64,000 nucleotides of DNA, from positions 18,290,001 to 18,354,000 of the forward strand of contig NW_027361827.1 in NCBI RefSeq assembly GCF_039654945.1, in the 5' to 3' direction. Positions 48,860-61,301 of this stretch are shown here, one piece after another. Position 1 is the stretch's first letter. Each line of letters starts with the position of its first letter. Position numbers and translations under genes: made by a program. This DNA comes from Dendrobates tinctorius (lineage: Eukaryota). The notes beneath the pieces were generated by a model. That model made no database searches. It saw only the letters and a program-made list of their open reading frames with translations, and was not told where the DNA came from.

Positions 48860-49690
48860 AGAGAGAGAGAGGATTCAAAAAGATATAAATAAACTGGAGA
48901 AGTGGGCAGCAACTAACAGAATGGTTTTTAACAGGGAGAAATGCAAAGTACTACATCTGGGCAATAAAAATGAAAAAAGCATATACAGAATGGGAGGAAT
49001 AGGGCTAAGTGACAGCACATGTGAAAAAGACTTGGGTATACTAATAGATCACAGACTGAATGAGTCAACAGTGTGATGCAGCAGCAAAAAAGGCAAATGC
49101 AATTCTAGGATGTATTAACAGAAGCATACAGTCTAGATCACGTGAAGTCATTATTTCCCTCTACTCCTCTTTGGTCAGACCTCATCTGGAATATTGTGTC
49201 CAGTTTTGGGCACCACATTTTAAAAAAGACATCAACAAACTGGAGCAAGTTCAGAAAAGAGCGACCAGAATGGTGACCGGTCTGCAAACCCTGTCTTATG
49301 AGGAAAGGTTGCAGGATTTGGGGATGTTTAGTTTGCAAAAGAGAAGACTGAGAGGAGACTTAATAGCTGTCTACAAATATCTCAAGGGCTGTCACATTGT
49401 AGAAGGATCAACTTTATTCTCATTTGCACAAGGAAAGACTAGAAGCAATGGGATGAAACTGAATGGGAGGAGACACAGATTAGATATTAGAAAAAACTTT
49501 TTGACAGAGTGATCAATGAGTGGAACAGGCTGCCACGAGAAGTGATGAGTTCTCCTTCAATGGAAGTCTTCAAACAGAGGCTGGACAGACATCTGACTGG
49601 GATGATTTAGCGAATCCTGCTTTGAGCAGGGGGTTGGACCAGATGGCCCAGGAGGTCCCTTCCAACTCTACGATTCTATGATTCTATGAA
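48860..49690 (+). mobile_element. CR1 LINE 3' fragment
   Basis: [15 protein letters not shown]...RRLRGDLI; (ATTCTATG)n tail at 49673-49688. Confidence 0.93.
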
Positions 49691-49694
49691 TAAA

Positions 49695-50040
49695 GAACAA
49701 CCCCAGGGTTCGAGTTCAGGTTGGTAATGTCACTGAGATGATCCTTTATACATATTCTACGTTTGCAGGGAGTACAACTCATATATTTGGGATTGCATTC
49801 CGAACTCTCAGGAACATAGACAACAAAATCTGTATTACAATTCCAAAAATGTTTTATGGGAACAGATTGCCTGTTATCAGAATCTGTAAATGTTTCGCTT
49901 TACCACTTGTTGTACAAACCTGATGCCAACACCTGAAAAAGCGTCTCACACTTAGCCAGGTATCCCCATGTTGTCTTGTTATGAAAATACTCCGGAACAA
50001 CATTGTGCCCAATTTGGGAGCTCATTGCAAAATTATCTTA
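49695..50040 (-). pseudogene. Decayed Penelope-like GIY-YIG remnant
   Basis: Minus frame reads FTDSDNRQSVPIKHFWNCNTDFVVYVPESSECNPKYMSCTPCKRRICIKDHLSDI, matching the NC.T..VVY...C...YVG.T...RI.EH pattern. Confidence 0.6.
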
Positions 50041-50804
50041 ATTCAGTTATCATGCAGTAGCGTATAAATAAGGTTTTTCTCCTGCAGGCTGAGTCCTCCT
50101 ATTCTTGAGCTCTAGCTTCTCCTGTAGATGATTGCTAATGTTCTCCCTTTACTATATACAGTATATATATATGTAGCGGAATAGACTCGACAGCATAATA
50201 GAGAGGACTCCTAAGCTTGGATGGGGGGGGATGCGTTTAATCGCCCCTCCTTCTTGATGCAATCAAGAGGTATAATATATACTGCAATAGTGTTGTACTG
50301 CATTATATCTGGTGCAAGTGATCAACTGCAGGTTCATGCCTCTAAGGCTTTTGGAAGAAAGGGAGGAAAAATACAAAACACAACCAACAAAAAAAGGTCT
50401 TCGCCAGGAAGGATTTAAAGTGTTACTTACAGCACAAGCGCTTCCATCCAGAGTTCAGATTTGATATTTGAGCTACCGGAGAGGCAGGATGGGCTGGTTG
50501 CTGCTGCAACTGTGAGACAGCTCAAACAGTTCCACTTTTTTCACTGATGAGCTTCTTCATTGATTGTAAACATTGCCTGGTATCCAAGGGAGGTGCTTAT
50601 GCCCATCTTTTGACAAATTGTGGGAGACAACCCTACACATGGGTGTTCAATTAATTTTCCCAAGCGACCACCTGATAAACCGGCGCTGTTGTGGAGGACC
50701 GAACCAGTAGGTTGAAATTAATTCTGCTCAACATTAAAATTAGCATATTCATTATAATTATTTTATATTAATAATTGTCACTTAATATTGAGCAGAATTA
50801 ATAG

Positions 50805-51250
50805 CCCTATATACTGTACGAGCCCCCACACCGCCACCTATATATCCTATGAGCCTGCACACAGCCCCCTATATACCATATGAGCCCCACATAGTATCCT
50901 ATATACATTATGAGCCCAACATGGCCTTCTATATACAGTTTGAACCCCCTATATACAGTATGAGCCCCACATAGCTTCTTTATAGTGTTGGCCCCAGATA
51001 TCTTTCTATATACAGCTTGTGAACCCTTTATACAGTATTACAGTATGAGCCCCATATAGCCTTCAATATACAGTATGAGCCCCATATAGCCTTCAATATA
51101 CAGTATGAGCCCCATATAGCCTTCAATATACAGTATGAGCCCCATATAGCCTTCAATATACAGTATGAGCCCCATATAGCCTTCAATATACAGTATGAGC
51201 CCCACTTAGCCTCCTATATACAGTATAAGCCCCTTTAGCTTCCTATGTAC
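50805..51250. repeat. 30-bp minisatellite
   Basis: cagtatgagccccatatagccttcaatata exact x5 at 51041-51190 with degenerate flanks. Confidence 0.95.
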
Positions 51251-51770
51251 ATAAAAACATTCCATACACATGAAAAAAACCACATACTCACCTTGCACCT
51301 GTTCCCCTGGCACTGTGCTCCTGTCTCCGATGTACTGACTCTCTGAAGTGCCCAGCTAACGTGATAAAATGACATCATGTCAGCTGTCTCACACAGTCTC
51401 AAAAGAATGGCCCCTCCTCCACCAATGTATTGTGCATCGGATGCAGAGAAAGGTGATGGTGGGCAGGGGAGGGCATGTTGCTGCCTGTGGGCCACTGTTT
51501 TCAGTTCCTCAGCTGTCTCGGTTCATGAGCGGGACTGGAGCAGCCAGCGGGTCGGATGCGGCCCTCGGGCCACACTTCACCAAGGTCTGCCCTACACATT
51601 ATGGAGAAATATCCGAATCCCATTTATAGTTGTGCATGATTTGAGAAAGGGAAGACAAAGGTTAAATTAAATTTCATATGAATACTGTACATTCTGTTTG
51701 CCTTTTATTTTATATGCTTCATTACAAAATATGAAATTATTTAACATTTTGATATTTGTATATCTTATAG

Positions 51771-51861
51771 TATAGCCCTTGCTCGGCCAAATGTTAACAA
51801 GGATTTCCGCGACCATGCAGAGCAGCAGCATATAGCAGCCCAACAAAAAGCTGCACTGCAG
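51771..51861 (+). CDS. INIP: INIP coding exon (91 nt)
   Basis: TAG acceptor; IALARPNVNKDFRDHAEQQHIAAQQKAALQ; CAG|GTATGT donor; phases consistent. Confidence 0.97.
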
Positions 51862-52119
51862 GTATGTTCAGCACTAAAAAAAATAAATTTGATGGAAATA
51901 TCTACATCAGGTGAAGTGAGACCTCGACTGTAGCTGTTTTATTGTAGTCTGCTTGTGTACCTTTTTATGAACTACTGGCAAGTGGAAAAGGAGAAATTGG
52001 GAATGCGGTCACTTTTAGTACTTTTGTAATAATGTTCTAAACTATCTTACAGCCCACAAAGTTTAAAGGGAGTCGGTCACTCGATTCATGCTGACCTAAC
52101 TAGTGGCAGCAGGACTCAA

Positions 52120-54775
52120 ACACGGGAAAACAAATAAGGAGAATTGGAGCTGCTAACACAGTAAGAGAGATGATGTCATAGGCAGCACTGAAACTTGGTG
52201 GAATGATTCACATGATTGGATTACAAACCTTGATGTCTAGAACTTTTTTTTAATTAGAAACAGGATTAACAAGAGGGGAGGACGTGTTGCATTGGAAAAT
52301 GTATATGTCCACAGAGACCCAAGCTTCAGAAGACTGGTAGCTCTGTAGAAACTGTTTGGGTAAGAATACAATGAAAGAAGAACAGAAAGGACTTTATTGT
52401 AGGTGTTTACTATAGGCCACCTGCACAGATTAAAGATATGGATGAACTCTTTTTACATCAGATGTTTCTCTACTCTAAAAAGTACAACATAGTGATTATG
52501 GGAGACGATATTTATTGGGAATCTTTCTCAGGCAAAAGTAATGAGTCCAGAAAATTCTTACCATCTCTTGCTGACAACTTTATCTTTCAAAAGGTAGAAG
52601 AGAGAACATGAGGATCTGCATTATTGGACCACATTTTTTACCAACAGGGATGAAATGGCTGAGAAAGTAAAGGTGGCTTGGAATTTAGAAGGCAGCGATC
52701 ATGCTATGCTCAAATTTTAGATTACAAGATTAAGAAAACCAGCGAGGAGTCTTTAAGGTTGGACTTCAGAAAGGCAGATTTTAATGGACTCAAAAAAGAG
52801 GGTAGGGAAGGCTCAAGGGCTGGATTTTCTAAAGGAAAGAAATGTCCAAGAAGGATGGGAGATTTTGCAAAATGAAATTCTCACTGCACAATCGGTAACA
52901 ATCCCAAACAGAAGGAAGAATTGGAAGCATTTAAAGAGACCAGAATGGATAAACACAGACCTTAATCACCTGGTAAAAAGGAAAAAAGAAAAGTATATTA
53001 AATGGAAAGAGGGGGGCATATATAAAGAACAATATAATACTGTTTGCAGGGCATGCATTAGAAAACTAAAGCCAGTAATGAAGTGAGTCTTGCAAGGGAG
53101 ACCAAAAGCAGTAAAAAAGGATTTTGGTGGTATGTCAAAAGAAAAGTCAAAGGATTTTTACAGAATGTAGGATTTTTACAGGATGAAAAGGGTGAAGTGG
53201 TTAAAAATTATGTAGGCCAAACTTTTTAAATCCTACTTTGCATTTGTGTTCTCTAAGAAAGCAATTGTAACATCAACTGATCTTCACGGTGCCATCGACG
53301 GAATAAAAGAATCCACACTGTCTATAATCAAAGATGGTGAGGGAACACTTTGCTAATTTAAATTAATTTAAATCTCCCGGTCCAGATGAATTACATACTA
53401 GGATACTGAAAGAGTTAGCAGAGGAAACTGCAGAACTAAAAGCCAGAATCTTTGAAAAATCCTGGAGAACAGGAGAAGACCCAGAAGATTGGAGAAGGGC
53501 AAATGTTGTCCCTATCTTCAAAAAAGAAAGAAGATGGAGCCAGGGAATTACATACCAGTGAGCCTCACTTCTATACCAGGAGAGATCTTTGAACAAATTA
53601 TTAAACAGCATGTATGTAAGTACTTGGATAAGAATACAGTAACTAACCAGAGCCAGCATGGGTTTGTAGCAAACAAGTTGGGCCAGACTAGTCTAATTTC
53701 TTTCTATGATGGAATCACTGACTGTGGGGGATCAGGGAAATGCGGTAGATATAGTATATCTTGATTGTACTCAAAGGGTGGTAATAAATGGTTGCTCATT
53801 TCAATTAGATGAATTTTTCAAGTGGGGTACCACAAGGCTCTATCCTGGCCCCAGTGTTCAACATTTTTATAAATGATTTATATAAGGGAACTGAAGGTAA
53901 ATTAATCAAATTTGCAGATGATGCAAGGTTAGGAGGGATAGCTAACACTAGAGAATACAGAGAAAGGATTCAGAAGGAGCTAAATAAGTTTGAACAATGG
54001 GCATTGACTATTAGAATGGTATTTAACGGAGAAATCCAAGATTCTACATCTGGGCAAGAAAAACTAACATTAAATCTACAGAATGGGAGGAATAGAACTA
54101 ATCAACAGCACGCGTGAAAAAGACTGGGGTATACTAATATTTCACAGACTGCACCTCAGGAAACAGTGTGATGCAGCAGCAAAAAAGACAAGCACAGTTC
54201 TAGGATATATTAAGAGAAGCATAGAGTCTAGATCATGTGAGGTAACAATCCCCCTCTATTCCTCCTTGGTCAGGCCTCATCTGGAATACTGTGTCCAGTT
54301 CTGGGCTCGACATTTAGAGAAAAGACATTGAAAAATAGGAGCAAATTCAGAGAAGAACTACCAAGATGTTGCACAGACTGCAAAGCATGCCATACAAGGA
54401 ATGATTAAAGGATCTGGGAATGAATGCTTAGCTTTCAAAAAAGAAGGCTAAGAGGTGACTTAATAGCTGTCTACAAATATCTGAAGGGATATCACAATGT
54501 AGAGGTATCATCCTTATTCTCATTTGCACATGGAAACATGAGACGCAATGGAATGAAACTTAAAGGGAGAATATGCAGATCAGATATTAGAAAAAACTTT
54601 TTGACAGTGAGGGTGATCAACGAGTGGAACAGGCCGCCACGAGAGGTGGTGAGTTCTCAGTCAATGGAAGTCTTCAAACAGTGGCTGGACAGACACCTGT
54701 CTGAGATGGTTTAGTGATTCCTACATTGAGCAGGGGATTGGACCCAATTACCCTGCAGGTCCCTTCCAACTGTAA
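52120..54775 (+). mobile_element. Old CR1 LINE ORF2 (EN + RT), heavily mutated and internally deleted
   Basis: Fragments [54 protein letters not shown]; CR1-type 3' UTR. Confidence 0.92.
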
Positions 54776-55405
54776 CAGCTGGATTGTTTTAGAGAAAACA
54801 TAGTTTGGGAATCTTGTCGGGGACAATAGAGATGGAAGATATATGTCCGGCCACGGCCGACTTCTCTTCTCCCCACTCCAGGTAATTGACAGGTCTCTCC
54901 CATATGTTTTTATTGGGAGAGACCTGTCAATCAGCTATAGCGGTACTGGGAGAATCCAGCCGAGGTTCGCATCGGACTCATCTTGCCTAACCTTATGGTT
55001 CGTGGCCAGATTTTCAAACTGTTTTCTCTGAAACATAAATGGCTGCAGTCGTTTAGCCAGGCTATGATTCCTGCTTTCCGTGATTTCACTGGAGTCCCTT
55101 TAGGGACAGTGCTCACTTTGCAGATTTGTCACCAAACCTGAAGGATTTCCTATTGCCAATAAAGTGAATGAGATTCCTGAAGTCTCATGGACATGTTGCT
55201 TTTTTTTTTTTGCTGGTTTGGTGCAGATTGTCAATTCTTTCAGCATTTTTGCTGCAGATTCCACTCATACTAATAAGTGGTGAAAAATTTGCTGCATAAA
55301 AAATTCATATAGAAAAACACTATTTTAGGCAGAGTTTTTGCTGCCAAATGACTCAGAAGTGGTACATACATTTCTGCTGCATATAATGTGTGCCCATACG
55401 CTTAA

Positions 55406-55745
55406 AGGGGTATTCTCATCTCCAAAATCCTATCCCAATATGTAGCAGGTGTAATAATAATATTAGCAAATACCTCCAATTAAAAGTGTAGAATAGTTTT
55501 TCTGATTCGCTATGTGTTTCCTCATATGCAGGCATTGCAGTAGGTATCCATGGTTACGACCACTAGCAACTAGCTAACTGTCACTATATCAGTGGTCATA
55601 ACCATGGATACCTAAAGCCCTGCAATGCCTGCACATGAAGAAAGAGACATAGCCAATTAGAAAAACTATACATTTTTAATTGGAGGTATTTGCTAATATT
55701 ATACCTACTACACATTGGGATAGGATCTTGGAGATGGGAATACTT
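55406..55745. mobile_element. T2-type palindromic MITE
   Basis: TTAA|AGGGGTATTCTCATCTCC...GGAGATGGGAATAC...TTAA. Confidence 0.85.
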
Positions 55746-55961
55746 TTAATGCTAAATTCATACTAATTTCTCTACATAGTGTAATCTTTCACATGAAAAA
55801 TCATCCTCCGCCTTACACTGCAGTACCTGTTTTGCTTGTTATCAGCTGATTCCATTGCATATGTGGAATCTTCCCAAGCCTTTCATTACGTTACCTGTTT
55901 TGCCAGTTATCATTTACATGTTACAAGTTTGTAATAAAAGCCTTTTGGAGATATATAAATA

Positions 55962-56561
55962 CTAGATGGTGGCCCGATTCTAACGCATCGGGTATTCTAG
56001 AAAAAAAAAAAAAAAAGGTTATTCTCACCTTCCGACGGCCCCCAATCTCCTCTCCACGCTCCCGGCATCTTCCAGTCCCAGTAATGCTTAGCGTGAAGGA
56101 CCGGAGATGACGTCACTCTCGCGAGAGCGTGACATCATCAGCGGTCTTTCGCGCAAAGCATTACTGGGACCGGAAGATGCCAGGTGCGTGGTGAGATGAG
56201 GGAAAGAGTCTGGGAGCCGTCGGAAGGTGAGTATATCACTATTTTTTATTTTAATTCTATTTTTTACAGGTTTATGGTACTCAGGGCCTGGAGGAGAGTC
56301 TCCTCTCCTCCGGACCCTGGGTACCATCTGCACATTGAGTACTGCTTGCCGGTCATGTCCTGGCTGCGTCGCTGATGACCTCGGCAGGAGATGACCCGCG
56401 GCGCCGCAGATCTCCCGACGGTAGCGGTGGCGTGCGTCATTCGAATTCCGCGCCAATTCGCGGCCGGAGTGCGCCTGTTGCTGATTGGTCGCAGCCGGCT
56501 GGGCACAACCAATCAGCGATGCGGGATTTTTGTTACAGGCATAATTAGACGATTATATAGA
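55962..56561 (-). mobile_element. Non-autonomous Helitron (600 bp)
   Basis: Minus strand A|TCTATATAAT start; subterminal hairpin CCCGAT-GCGTTAGA-ATCGGG; ends CTAG|T; no TSD. Confidence 0.85.
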
Positions 56562-56708
56562 TTTTTTTTTTTCATTGTCTGAAAACTTTTTTGACCAATT
56601 GCTTATTATTTGTATATATAGATACTTGACCTTTTTATGTATGCTCAGTTTTTTATTATTGAAATTTTGAACAATCGTTGCAGCTAATAATGTATGTTCT
56701 CTCCACAG

Positions 56709-56804
56709 CATGCACATGCGCACTCCACGGGATACTTCATTACCCAAGACTCTGCTTTTGGCAACTTGATTCTTCCAGTTATCCCACGTCTGGAGGCAGA
56801 TTAA
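56709..56804 (+). CDS. INIP: INIP last coding exon
   Basis: CAG acceptor; HAHAHSTGYFITQDSAFGNLILPVIPRLEAD* matches the conserved SOSS-C C-terminus. Confidence 0.97.
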   Translation, partial: HAHAHSTGYFITQDSAFGNLILPVIPRLEAD

Positions 56805-57029
56805 CGTTGCACATTATCTTTTCTATTATCTAAAGCTGCTCTTCTTTAAACTGTCCACAAGCTCTGTATAACTTTTGTATATATATTATGATTTCTAATT
56901 TTTTTTTTTACTATCTTGTTATGTTTATATAGACAAGTGTTCACTTGCAAGTCATAGTTTTAGGATTTGACATAAAATAAGCAAAACTGTACACATAACA
57001 TTAATGTAACACATTTATTTGCTCATATG

Positions 57030-57040
57030 AATAAAATAAA
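57030..57040 (+). terminator. Likely INIP polyadenylation signal (overlapping AATAAA x2)
   Basis: AATAAAATAAA ~225 nt after the stop, followed by a T-rich tract. Confidence 0.7.
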
Positions 57041-57084
57041 CTTAGTTTTTATCTTTTAGTTAGGAAAAAATAAAATTCACATTG

Positions 57085-57830
57085 CTATCGCCACGACAGC
57101 ACCCTGCTGAGAGAGGGGATACGCCCACCAGGACAGGAACCTACACTTTAAAAGAGGTCCCCCTATTTTCCTCATTTGGGTTCCTGTCCTGAGGGGAACC
57201 TGCAAAGAAGAATCTTACCTGGATTCAATCAGCCTCTGTGCTGTCTCTGCGGAACGGCAAAGCCTGGGATCCCAGAAGCAGCGTCGGGGGTGCTCTGCCT
57301 GTTCAGACCCCTCCTTGTCTGGCGTGGATGGCGCAATCCCAGGGTCCGGGTGGCGCCGCCCTGGGTTGCGTGGACGCGGCACAAGTGGAGGTGAGGCTCC
57401 CTGTGTTCATCCGGGATGGCGGCATCGGTCGCCCTGCGCCGCGTGTGGGTCATTTCCGGTCGGCTTCTATGTGTGTGTGCTCTGGCAGTGAAGCGCCTGT
57501 AACCCGGAAGTGCCTCCTCTTGAATTCCGGGGGGACCGGGGAGGTGCATCGTGGACGGGAAAGTGAAGGGGTGTGGCCAGCCCTTCTTTAGCTGGCACCA
57601 TGCAGCAGCAATGTACTTCAAAGATGTCTTCCCCAAGAGATGCTGAGGAGCACCCACCGCTTAAAGAGGTGGTTACTGAGTAGCACAAAAGCAAAGGCAG
57701 CAACAGTGGTCGCTCTAGAGAGTGACACCACTGAGGTCAGAAGGGAACGGGGTCGGCAAACATGTCCGGCCTCCAAATCATGCGCTGCTTCTCCACCTTC
57801 TGAACCGGTACTCTGCTAACAAGCTTCAGA
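57085..57830 (+). mobile_element. 5' fragment of a DIRS-like retrotransposon
   Basis: ctatcgccacgacagcacc...ggacagga terminus resembles the DIRS start at 61302 (catgacagcac...ggacaggaaac); GC-rich leader with decayed Cys motif. Confidence 0.55.
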
Positions 57831-58180
57831 TGGTAAGTGCATACAATGGTCACCTGATAAGCTGAATCCCCCTTTCTGTTCTGTATGTTCCATCCAAATA
57901 GACTTCCCTTTGTTTTTAGTTTGAATTGTACAGATTATGGGTGACGGTATAGGTAGGAAAAATACTGAAAATATTCTTCTTGGTGTAATTTTTTTTTTAT
58001 ACATGACAAAAACCTGGCATTATAACAGGGGTGTTTAGACTTGTTATATCATCTGTATTTTATCCATCTATGCAGTTTGCATAGGAAGAACTGTCAATCA
58101 ATTTCAATTGGAGGACTGTTAATCCTTTCTTTTTCCCTGAGAGTGTGTGTGTGTGTGTTTCAGTATGGATCGGGAAATAA

Positions 58181-58410
58181 AGGCCCCCATACACATTATA
58201 TAGCTGTCAGCCCAGCCAAGTGCTTCTGTGCTCTCTGAGAAAGCCGTTAACAGACTGCTCTGGCAGCGGCTTATCTTACTGTTGAACAAAATGATCATCC
58301 TTTCAAATTCCAAGATGATCTTGGGAGAGAGTCCACTACACATTAGACTGTCGACTGGTCCCACCGAAATTGACGTGTTTAGCTGACTAGTCTAATATGT
58401 ATGGGTGGCT
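58181..58410. mobile_element. Harbinger-like MITE, degenerate
   Basis: ggcccccatacacatta...taatatgtatgggtggc termini. Confidence 0.6.
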
Positions 58411-58885
58411 TAAGTCTCTGGTAAACACCCCTGGCAGCGACCTGTTTACCTGAGAACAAAATCATCAGCTGTTGAAATTGACCTTTCGAGGGAGAATGAG
58501 CACACTCCAAGTGCTTAATATCATTGGCTAATCCCAATGCAGTGGCAGGTCTGGGACAACTTTACTGCCCTAAGTATTATCATAGCGTAATAAATAGGGC
58601 CGGTATGAAAATATCATAACCGTCTTACATCCCACATTAGATTATAAGTAACACAAACTACAATGATGGACAGGGCTATTTATTTATATACTTCTCAGAA
58701 GCGAGCAGATCTGAATTTGCCCTCTAATGTCTTATGCACAAGATCCCTTAATTAAAAGGCCACCCTCTTCTGAGACTCTTCACATCAGGTTAGCATCATT
58801 CTTCTGCCAATGTGGCTATCTTGTATATTTTTAAGTGGTTAAGTGCAATTAAAGCCAGTCAGGATAACGTAGGAGACCCATACCT

Positions 58886-58893
58886 TATAAATA
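58886..58893 (+). promoter_or_regulatory. TATA box
   Basis: TATAAATA 76 nt upstream of the signal-peptide ATG, in unique sequence. Confidence 0.65.
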
Positions 58894-58961
58894 GCATCAT
58901 CCCTCTTAGAGCCAGAAAGCTCTCCTGAGTCTGATACAAAGAAGATATCGGATATAACAAG

Positions 58962-59013
58962 ATGAAAACACTGTTCGTTATGGCAGTCTTTCTCATATTA
59001 GTTTGGCTTACAG
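58962..59013 (+). CDS. First coding exon of an unidentified secreted protein (signal peptide MKTLFVMAVFLILVWLT-)
   Basis: AAGATGA start; basic N-region plus hydrophobic core; consensus CAG|GTAAGC phase-1 donor; upstream TATA. Confidence 0.75.
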
Positions 59014-59665
59014 GTAAGCTTATATATCATAAATCCTATTGGTTTCTTTATATTGTTTCAATTCAATGAGGCTATGTATAGTTAGAATATGTACTATATA
59101 TGTGTTATTTTATCATAATTACCTAAATCTAATATGTATAAATAATTATAACAATCTAAATCATTATATATATATATAGGCACAGAGCCTATCATTTGGA
59201 CACATGCTTATCATTATAATCTTATTGTGTGTAAAAGCCTGAGCTATAAGTGTGCATCCATATATTGTAGACCTGAGAGAAACCACTCCGATAGATGCAG
59301 CTTTTTTTAAAGTCCGGTCTAGTACTCAGTAGTTTATAATACAACATTATTAAAAAATAAGGGAGAAAATATTCAGTAGTTAAATTGTTTAACGTCTATA
59401 CAATCTTGATCTCTGACTGTTCTGTAGCATTGACTTGGCTTTATAACTACCGTAGGTGAGTTATTCAACATGTAGTGCACAAGTGTCTAGAACATGCTGT
59501 TAAGGCCACATGGTATATAAGTATTAGCAAAACTAATGTTTTCACATATGGCTGTAAGAAAAGAATAAGTAATCCATTGTTGTATCACAATAAGAAGCCA
59601 AATTACTCAGATCTGTTCTAGCAATGCAGAAGCATTTTATAAGCCTGCTGAATATAACTGGCTAC

Positions 59666-59940
59666 TAGTGATGAGCGAGTATACTCGTTGCTCGGGTGAT
59701 CTCCGAGTAATTTGGCGTGCTCGGAGATTTAGTTTTCGTCGCCTCAGCTGCATGATTTGTGGCTGCTAGCCAGCCTGAATACATGTTGAGATTCCCTAAC
59801 AAACAGGCATCCGTCACATGTATTCAGGCTGTCTAGCAGCCACAAATCATGCAGCTGCGGCGATACAAACTAAATCTCCACGCACGCCAAAATACTCGGA
59901 GGTCACCCGAGCATACTCGGAAAAACCCGAGCTATCACTA
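59666..59940. mobile_element. Palindromic hAT-type MITE
   Basis: TAGTGAT...ATCACTA termini; TGGCTAC(T) duplicated on both sides. Confidence 0.85.
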
Positions 59941-60481
59941 TGGCTACTGTCTGCGACTGTTCAGAATCTCTGCACTCACGGAATATTATACCTGTCACAC
60001 ATAAAAGAACTTTGAGTTTTAAAGCATGCTGAATTATAATGTTTCACATCGAATAGGGTATAGATCCTGTCAGTGTTATACTATCTTTTACAAGTGTTTC
60101 ATTGATGACATCACTGGTTAGAGACTGAATAGAGAATGCCATTTTTCAAGTGTATGAACAGAGTTTAATAGAACATGTGGTGCTTATCAGTAATTCATTA
60201 GGAAAAGGCACTGTCTTAAGTGTGGGAGAGCAGTAACGGGGTTCTCCTTTGCTGACAAAGTTAGGACCCCACACACCTCCCAAGATGAGTGCACTGTCAG
60301 CAGGTATCTTGCATGTGTCCTTTTCTTATAAATGGGACAAGTGCACAATACCTGCTCATCATGGGCACCCAAATCTTATGTAAAATCATAAATATATGAT
60401 GATACTGGTCACTGTACAACATAGAGCAAGAACAAAATGTTCAGCTATTAGAGGTGAATGTTCATGGTCCCATATACAGTA

Positions 60482-61301
60482 CAGTTGAAACCAGAGGTTT
60501 ACATACACTATATAAAAAGACACATGGATGTTTTTCTCATTATATGACCTGAAATCAGAATAAACCTTTCCCTTTTTAGGTCAATTAGGATTACCGTAAT
60601 TAATAATATTTGCCAAATGCTAGAATAATGAGAGAGAATGTTTTAAGGCATTTATTACTTACTGCAAAGTCAAAAGTCTTCATACACTAATATTACTATG
60701 CCTTTAAACAATTCTGGACTGCTATATGATGATGTCATATGTTTGGAAGTTTCTGACAGGTTTTTTTTTGTTGCAACATCTGAGTTAATTAGAGACACAC
60801 CTGTGGATTTATTTTAATGCACACCTGAAGCACACTGCTCATTTGTGTAGCATTATGGGAAAGACTAAAGAAATCAGCCAAGATATCAGGAAGAGAATGG
60901 TCGACTTGCACAAGTCTGGCTCATCTGTGGGTACAATTTCAAAATACCTGAAGGTCCCTCATTCATCTTTACAAGCAATTATATGCAAATACAAACAAGA
61001 TGGGAATGTCCAGCCATCATACCACTCAGGAAGGAGATGTGTTCTGTGTCCCAGAGATGAACGTGCTTTGGTCAGACGTGCATATGAACCCAAGGACAAA
61101 AGCAAAAGCTTGTTGTGAAGATGATAGCGGAAGCTGGTAAGATTGTGTCAATATCTACAGTGAAACAAGTACTATATCAAGGAATAAGCCATTACTCCAA
61201 AAGAAACATAAAGAAGACAGATTAATTTGCAATTGTACACCGGAACGAAGACCTTTATTTTTGGAGATATGTCCTGTGGTATGATAAAACTAAAATTTAA
61301 C
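60482..61301 (+). mobile_element. Sleeping Beauty-like Tc1, 5' half (interrupted by DIRS)
   Basis: TA|CAGTTGAAACCAGAGGTTTACATACACT with inner DR at ~60670-60690; MGKTKEISQDIRKRMVDLHKSGSS from 60855; breaks after VLWYDKTKI. Confidence 0.9.

Noticed and set aside
51041-51205. 30-bp direct repeats resembling a CRISPR array
   Set aside because: No spacers, no cas genes, eukaryotic context.
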